A DNA stretch of 58,250 nucleotides, filler included, from Dugesia japonica (lineage: Eukaryota), in assembly GCA_001938525.1 (NCBI GenBank). It is 5 parts of 5 records of this genome, joined end to end, with 100 filler letters (N's around TTAATTAATTAA, not from the genome) between each part and the next. Parts side by side here need not be neighbours in the genome. Positions count along the whole stretch, not along the records: positions 48,389 to 58,250 come from MQRL01201680.1; 4 more parts are not named here. One strand, given 5' to 3'. The notes beneath the pieces are model-generated. The model did no database searches. It was not told the origin of the DNA and saw only the letters and a program-made list of their open reading frames with translations. Below, one piece after another: positions 50,279 to 58,250 of this stretch (its first letter is position 1; every line of letters starts with the position of its first letter). The position numbers and the translations under genes are program-made.

Positions 50279-53200
50279 TTAATTTCTCCAAGTTACCAGA
50301 TATGGACCTTCATATACAGGCTGTAGTGGTATTCTTAATTCGCGTTTGATCCATACAAATTTACATATATCAATTTCTTGTGGCATGAACGTTTTCGTGA
50401 TTCCATGTAATCTGAGACAGCTGTTTCGAAATTCTGTTGGAACCATTATTTGTCCGTCAGAGCATGATGGTACAATAATATCACCTGGTAAACGTATATT
50501 CGTCCCAAAAACTGTTTGGCATGGTGATAATTCTGAATCTTCACGCACCGCCTTACGGATTCCTAATATTGTTAATGGAAGATTTTCTAACCAACTACGT
50601 TCATCATTAGTTCCTTGAGTCCGCAGAGCATTCTTTAGAGACCTATGAAATCTTTCTATTTTTCCATTGCACTGTGGGTGATATGGTGTTGTATACCTAT
50701 GTTCAATTCCAAAATTATTGGAGAAATCGTTAAATTTTTCAGATATAAATTGTCTACCATTGTCGCTTATTATTATTTCTGTTACTCCGAAGCGAGATAT
50801 CCATTCTTTAGTTAAGGACTTTAGCACGGATTCGAATGTAATTTCATTCAGAGCCACTACCTTTGTCCATGAAGTATCACGATCAATCGTTGGTAAAATA
50901 AACCTTTTGGTTTTTAATGATTGGCAAGGGACCAACTAAACCTTGTGCAATACTTTGAATTTCCCTGGATTCGGAATAGATCCTAACGGTGCTTTTGTGT
51001 GCCTAGTAATTTTATTAGCTTGACATACCTGACAAAATCTGCACCATTTACAAATTTGGGATTTCATAGCTGGCCAAACATAACGACTTGTTAGTAATCT
51101 GATTGTCGCATTTGATCCTTGATGACACAGATTATGGAGTTTTTTGAATTCATTAAAGCGAAAACACTCCGGTTAAATGATTCTCGTGTTAGCCTTCGAA
51201 GTATCAATCAGAACACCTTCCTTAGATATTTTCAGTTTCAGAGAGTGACTTTTTATATCTTTGAGAAATTGGTCGTCTTTCTGGCTTTTTACAAGGTCTG
51301 AGAGTGAAATATGTTCAATTTCTTTTAATATTTCATCGCCTGTGTCTTTTCTAGACAGAAAGTCAGCTACTATATTGTCAGAACCTTTGATNTACTAAAT
51401 TTGCATATCAAACTCATTCAGATATTATGTTCATCTCTACTGTCTCGAAGATTGATTTTTCATCTGCATGATATAAAGTAATGGCTTATGATCTGTTCGG
51501 ACAATAAATTTTCTGCCAAGTAAGTAGTGATTAAAATACTTGATTGAGAGAACTAACGTCAGAAGTTCTCTATCAAATGTTGAATATCTTTGTTATGCAG
51601 GGTTTAACTTTCTTGACAAAAATGAAACAGGACATAAACTACCGTCATTGTTTTCGTGGTTTAAACTGCTACCAATTGCCGTACTAGATTCATCTGTACA
51701 CAGGTAGTCTGGTGTTGCCATATCAATAATCTCAGTAAGTTTCTTTATAGCAATTTTAAATGCTTCTTAGTGACTCGGTAACCATTGAATAGCTCGTTTT
51801 TTACTTGAGCCTGTGATGAGATCATGTAATGGAGACATTGTTTCTGATAAGTTCGGAATCATCCATTGATAAAAGGCTATTTTTCCAGTAAATCTTTTTA
51901 ACGCTTTGAATGTTTTTGGAACAGGCATACTGCTGATGGCTTCAATTTTAGATTGTATTGGCTTTATACCTTTTGTAGAGATTGTATAATCAAGAAATTC
52001 TACCTCGGATTTGTTGAACTGACATTTTTCTGTGTTAATCTGCAGCTTGTTCTTAAGTAAAACTTTCTTTATTAGCTCTAGATGATTCTGATGCTCGCCA
52101 TGAGTTATTTGAATGAATTAAAATGTCATCAATATATACTGAAGTAAATGCGCGACAGTCTTGCAAGCATTTGCCCATGCGTCGTTGGAATGTTTGTGAA
52201 GCATTTTTCAGTCCAAATGGCATACTTTTGTATTCATATAATCCAAATGGATTTATAATAGTAGTTTTATGTCGATCCTCCTTATTGATTGGGATTTTAT
52301 GATACGCTTTCTTAAGATCTAAAGTAGAAAAAACTGAACAACCTGTAACTTTGTCCAAAATGTTGCTCATTCTGGGTTATTGGTATCGGTCTGGTTTCAT
52401 AATTGCTTTAAGCATGCGATAGTCACCACATGAACGAAATGTTCCATCTTTCTTTTTGACAATTACAAGTGGTGAAGCCCATTCTCTGTTACTTGGTTGA
52501 ATAATATCGCCAGTAAGCATGTCATCAAACTCTTTTTTATTTGAGTGAGAAAAATTCCTCCTAATCTTCGAACTCTTTGTTTTACTGGTGCCCCGGAAGT
52601 TTCTATTCTTATGCAAGTTTGATTTTTAGTGCACATAATATTGTTATGTTTCCTAAGAATGCAATTGTTGTGACAATCTACTAATAATCTGAAATTGGAC
52701 AAGAAATTGGATCCTAAGATTGGTCGGCGTATATCAGCAACCGTAAATAGCCATGTGAATTTTCCTGGAATGCTTGGAATAAATAATGATAATTTTGTCT
52801 CACCAAAAACATCGATTTATCCATTGTTCGCCGTAATTAAAGAATGTCTGATTTTCATATTATCTGTCTGGAATAGCTGTATATGAACAATGCTAATATC
52901 AGCACCTGAGTTTACTAAAAATTCATACTTTAGCTTCTCTGACAAAACTGGAACTGTGAAGATTACGTTTATAGATTGCGACGACTTTGTTTTGATTTGG
53001 ATCTCAGTTGTCGGCTCTACTGAGATCTGTTGGTTTTTCCCGAATAATTTCTGGTGTACCAAGAGTATGGTTGTTGACATTTAACAGCATATTTTCCAAA
53101 TTTTTTATGATAAAAACAAAGTTCTCTGAAATTTTTATCATTATTTTGATTCCTTCTTGCTTTAATGGAATTGAGATCTTCTTGAGTTGAATTCTCTTCT

Positions 53201-53736
53201 TCATAGTTCTTGATAAGAGTTGAGAAAATGTGACTATTTAAAAATGACAGTCGACTAGCTTGGCTAATTCATCCAGAGTTTTAGTTTGGTATTGTACCAA
53301 ATGATGTCAAATATTGATTGACACTTACTGCATAAATCTGTATCTGAGAAAGTTTGACGTATCTGGATTTTCACCAGGCTGCATAATTTTGAAGCATTGT
53401 GTAAGCTCCAATAAAGTTTGAGATGGACGCTTATATAATTCCATTTTTGAATTTGTAAGCCGATCAATTGCCTGAGTCATTGGCATTGACGTTTTCGCTA
53501 ATATGGCTTGCTTTAGGTTTTCATAAGGATCATTGGAATGTGGATTCGAATCATAGGACACGATTTCCAAAATATCTAGAGGCAAATTGGTGAGCAGATG
53601 AAAATACTTTGTTATGGAGTTGCGAATGTTGGAAAGTACGAATGTTGTATCTATTTGTGTGAACCAATTGATCAGATTTGGGAAATAATTTGGTATTTTC
53701 ACCTGAACGTGATTTTTTTCTTTGTTTCTGACACCA
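50279..53736 (-). mobile_element. pol: Decayed Ty3/Gypsy element internal region (PBS-gag-PR-RT-RH-IN)
   Basis: gag VKIPNYFP..WFTQID...TKYFHLLTNLP...PYENLKQAIL; PR FLVNSGADISIV; RT ASPLVIVKKKDG..CGDYR and YIDDILI; IN IISDNGRQF, TTPYHPQCNGKIERFHRSLK, YEGPY. Confidence 0.93.
53726..53736 (-). promoter_or_regulatory. Primer-binding site (tRNA-Leu-like) directly after an LTR-type CA end at 53738
   Basis: Minus strand GACTACA-A-TGGTGTCAGAA, about 30 nt upstream of gag. Confidence 0.6.
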
Positions 53737-54718
53737 TTGTAGTCAATATCGAATGATATAATTTGAATGAGAAGAATTCAGGAAATTTGAAAAGTATCTA
53801 TTTCAATAAAATAAATGATATAAACAAAATTAATTAAATATTTAATATATTTAATTAATTATTTTCTGAATTTAATACTACAAATATATTATTAAAATTT
53901 TTTTTAATCTATGTTGGGCTTTAACAGCCTGAATAACAAAAGAAATAAATTGAATTAATCAAGAAAGGAATTAGAAATAATGGGCTTGTGAACAAAAAAA
54001 TAATAAAAAAGGAAACCGAAAAGAAATAGCAATCAAATAAATATTAACAAATTATCAATGAATTAATTAAAAATTATTAAATAAATCGTCAAATTAAAAC
54101 TAGAACGAGAAAATGAAAATGAAGAGGTGATAGAGATAAAAAGAATCAAATATATTCGTCGAAGCAATAATTAGTTCAAATAAAACAAAAGGCTCATAGA
54201 TAAAAGCTAATCGGTAATAATAACAAACAGAGTTTCCAGGAGTAGTTATTAGAATAAACGAGCAATTAAATAAATATTGTTTAAAGAAATAATGATTAAT
54301 TAACAAAAAGGGATCAAATGAAACCCTCCGAAATATGAACAATAAAAGAGACTAATGAACCGAAACATAAGATTAAAAAATAAGAAAATATTAGTGCTGA
54401 TAGAATTAAATAAATTAAAGAATATTCGATTATTGAAATAAAATGATAAAGGAGGAGAATAAATTGATAATTGAGATATGGCAGTGCTCAAGAAAGTAAC
54501 AATAATGAACGGTAAATATCATAAACATAAATGTGGTGCGCACAATAAAAAGAAAGTTCGAATAAATAATAATTAAATAATATTTGAATGAAATAAATGC
54601 CAGAAAATGATGAGAAATAATAAACGAAGTGAAAAAGATAATCTATTCCCGAGTAAGACAAACAATATAATCAATACAAGTAAGATTTATCTAAATACAC
54701 GCGAATACGGCTAAGTTA

Positions 54719-55048
54719 CTAATGGACGGGCGCGTTATCCGTAAATTCTAATGCGGCCTCGTCATCTTTATCGTTCCACTGCGCAAATGCGTTTAGGCTC
54801 TGTCTAGCCGCCAGGTCAGTGATGTACTGGGTTAGAAAGTTGACCGTATTGAACAATCTGTTGGCAGTGCGATTGACGATGTTCAGTTGCTTTTTGCTCA
54901 CAGGCTCAATTTTTCTGATGAGTCGATATTTCTGCATGATGTGGCGCGACAAGGTCTTCTTGCACCTTTTAGCTAATCTGCGTTGTTAAGAAACTACGGA
55001 TTAGCTTATGGCAGTGACGCAGATTCATTGGTAAACGAAATTTTGTCA
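54719..55048 (-). pseudogene. Accessory ORF2 (copy B), one frameshift
   Basis: Acceptor tatattcag|TG; TKFRLPMNLRHCHKLIRSFL (frameshift) KRCKKTLSRHIMQKYRLIRKIEPVSKKQLNIVNRT...VNFLTQYITDLAARQSLNAFAQWNDKDDEAALEFT aligns along its length with 12439-12821. Confidence 0.7.
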
Positions 55049-55180
55049 CTGAATATAAAGTTAAATAATAGACCAGGATAGTTAATTCATGAAAATGGTT
55101 ATGAAATAGTAAAATGTAGAGTGAGCTAAAGGAACGCAGATTGTATTTAACTATTAACAGGAGAATATGCAAAAATAAGT

Positions 55181-55470
55181 TCAATTTCGGATCTGGGTAG
55201 CTTTATCAACGAGAAGTGGTTGTACCGGCACCCGCTTTCGTAATACTAGTACGTCATTCACGAGTTGGTTTTCACGTTCATGCAAGGACCGGATTATTTT
55301 TGCCTAAGCTTTCTAAGCTTTCCTGAAAATGCAACGTTTTCATCTTTAACAGAATTGATTTTTCTCTTGTTGTCAGCTATTCAGATTTTCTTGTCCTGTT
55401 GTTTTAAGGTTATCTGGATCAAAGTTACTCACCTTTTACACTTTTCTGGTTAATTGACCTTTCTTTTTGT
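55181..55470 (-). pseudogene. Accessory ORF1 (copy B), with stops and a frameshift
   Basis: KVN*PEKCKR*...QQDKKI*IA ... AKIIRSLHERENQLVNDVLVLRKRVPVQPLLVDKATQIRN* versus copy A AEIIRSSHDRENKLVKDILLLKDKSYLEPLMIDKGTQTKN. Confidence 0.7.
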
Positions 55471-56879
55471 GTATTTATTAAATAAAATTTTCTTTATTTT
55501 CTCTAATTTAAATATTAATTTTTTCATTATTTATTATTCATTGAATGGTAAAGAAATAGTATGGTACTAACCCAAATCAAGTAGAAAGAAGCACGCGATT
55601 AAAAATCCCCCTAGAAACCCAATTGAATTAATTTCTCTCTCCGCTTCAACAACATTAAAATTTTGTATGCTTTATTTGCACACGAGCGTAATTAATATTA
55701 TTATCTGATTCATTAGCACACCTATACGGTAAATATTTCATCTATTACACACTTTCGTAATTTTATATTTCTGGGCCCTTCATATTCCATCGATTTTTTT
55801 TATTGAACAAAATAAATTTTTGGATCCGAAACTGTTGCAATAATTCTTAAATAAATCATCTATTGTTCTTTGGTATGAATTTAAAAATAAATTTTTTTCA
55901 TTTATTTTTTCCGAAAATTACAGCAGTATTTATACCAATTTTCTGTTACGCTACCATTCATTTTATTGGTTATATAAAATTAAATAATCGTAGATATTAA
56001 ATTAAATGATTTAGCCATTTTGAAGTAGTCAATTTCTTGAAGATCGCCATTTTTACCGTACACCTTTTTATTCAAATATGCCTTTTTATGAGTGATTGCC
56101 TATGTTAATAATATCAGGTTATTAAATATTTAATAGTCTCATATTGCTGTTGTCATTAGATGTTAATAAATATAAATGAAAATATTGATTTAATTTTTTA
56201 ATGAAACAAATATTTACTTTGAAAAAATATTTTATTAATAATTTAATTAAATGTTATAAATTTAATTTACCACATATCCTTGGGAATTGACATTTATTTT
56301 GAAAATTGGCCGTTTAATAGTAGAAATTGACCGTTTATTTCTTAAATAAACTTTCTAAATTTTCAAACAATTTTCTATTTTAAAAATATTTAAAATATTA
56401 AAAATTTTAGAAAAAATATAAAGATTAATGTAATTGAATTTAATTTTTAACTACAAATGAATGGAAAATAAAAGAATATATTATAAAACATGCTATGATT
56501 AAAGATAACATAATTGATCATTAGAAGTTGTGTAAATATAACCGATTTGTATGACTTAATGAAATATGCATAACTTATTAAATTTAGTATATAATACCTT
56601 TGTATATAATTCTAAAAAATTGATGTATATTTTCATGAAAATTTAAAATATTTATGTAAAATTTAAATGTTTAATGAAATTTTTAAGTCTTAGCGAAACT
56701 AGTGCTTGAATTATTGAACTTAATATGAATATATTAAGTATATTTGTATATGAATGTAAATATTCTGCAATGTGATTGTTGCATATTCATCCACTTGAAC
56801 ACAAAATTCCTGGCAATCTCAGTGGAAACTAAACCAAATTTATCAGCCATTTTACTATCGTTTGTGCCTCAGTGCTTAT

Positions 56880-57309
56880 CAGAGGCGTAGCTAGGGGGGC
56901 AGGGGGGCAAGTGTGCCCAGGCGCCAAAATGGGGTTTGAAATATTTATATTGTGTATTTTTTTTTGTATCGTTTTAATATGATATCTATCAAGATTGAAG
57001 GTTCGTCACCCTCTTGCAGTCAACTTTTTGTTATCCACTATCAATCTTATTGTGTGAATTTAATATTGCTAAACCTAGTCTATAGANNNNNNNNNNNNNN
57101 NNNNNNNNNNNNNNNNNNNNNNNTTATTTGGATATAGTATTTCGTTTGTATTACTTCTTGCTTGACTAATCACATGTTTCGTCTGCATCAGTTTCTTTTT
57201 TAGTCTCTACTTTAGTAGCCGTTACATTGGATGACTCTTAATTTTTCAGTGGGGGGGGCGCAAAATATGAATCTTGTCCACGGGCGCCAACACACTAGCT
57301 ACGCCTCTG
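56880..57309. mobile_element. hAT MITE
   Basis: Perfect 15-bp TIRs CAGAGGCGTAGCTAG; perfect 8-bp TSD GTGCTTAT. Confidence 0.92.
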
Positions 57310-58250
57310 GTGCTTATGTATCTATACACTTAAATGTCTTAAAGGATTATAATTTATACACTAACTGATACAACTGATCTACTTGAGTATTGGGTAACTC
57401 GCTAATATTCACATATCACGATACATAAAACAAATGAAAACAAAATAGCAATTTTGCCAAAATGCAAGAAATTTAAGTCGGTCAAAACTTTTTATGGTGT
57501 ATTCCATAAAAAAAACAACCTGAGCATTTAAGATACATTATTTATTATTAGATCGTACACCAAATATTGAGTTAGAAACCTTAACAATATTGAAATGACC
57601 CTTTGAAGCTTTTGAGTAAAAATATGAATTTACAAAGAAATTAAGAATCCATTACTCAAATATTATGTGATATCGATTTACAGTTGAAATATCAATAGAT
57701 TGAAATAATTTGTCGTAACACGGAATGACAACGATAAATCGGTATTAAAAAAAGCGAATTTCATATCGAATTTACCGATTAAAATAAATTCCATACTGAT
57801 TATTAAAGTGAATGAGGTAACCGCTTTAAATTTTGGATTTGCATTGCTTTGAATTATGGTAAACATGAATGATTAATCGTTAAATCAGTTACATTTATTT
57901 TTCAACTAAAATATCAAAATATTTTCTCATATGTTTATATTGATTATAATTGTTTATACTTTCACATTTTTTACTAATTTATTTTTGTAAAGGGATGATG
58001 TTTATAAATGCTTTATGAATCTCCTCACTAGAGTTAGTAATGTGGTCAAAACAAATATAGATAGACCGGCAGAGTAAGATTCTATTTCATAACTAATTAT
58101 CAATTAGAATTTATTTAGTCATTTCACGAGGCTGCCAATTAATCTTTCAGAGAAAGCTAAAGCTAACTTTGAAAGGTTTAAAAGTAGAAATCCTGGATTT
58201 GTGTTTGGTAAATTATTTTCTGATAAATAAAACAATGGTTAATATTTTTT

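Overview
Very AT-rich eukaryotic scaffold with short (about 36-52 nt) GT-AG introns, many N gaps and four artificial 100-nt spacers (44N-TTAATTAATTAA-44N). The style is compatible with a planarian-like invertebrate, but the organism cannot be established from the sequence. A large unidentified Ser/Asn-rich host gene runs on the minus strand (phase-consistent exon chain 11351 to 942, plus a probable distal exon at 45929-46372). Most of the rest is transposon debris: two decayed Ty3/Gypsy gag-pol elements, an internally deleted Gypsy element, a Penelope-like element with hammerhead ribozymes, a Merlin element, a Helitron 3' end, mariner/Tc1 fragments, hAT MITEs and satellites. The main finding is a family of non-env coiled-coil 'accessory' ORFs seen three times next to different Gypsy gag genes (11741-12821 +, 13991-14309 +, 54719-55470 -). 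The four recognisable ORF starts all follow a splice acceptor in the form AG|TG, so splicing could create the ATG. Two copies keep a C-terminal DK-x-TQ(T) LC8/dynein-light-chain-type motif.
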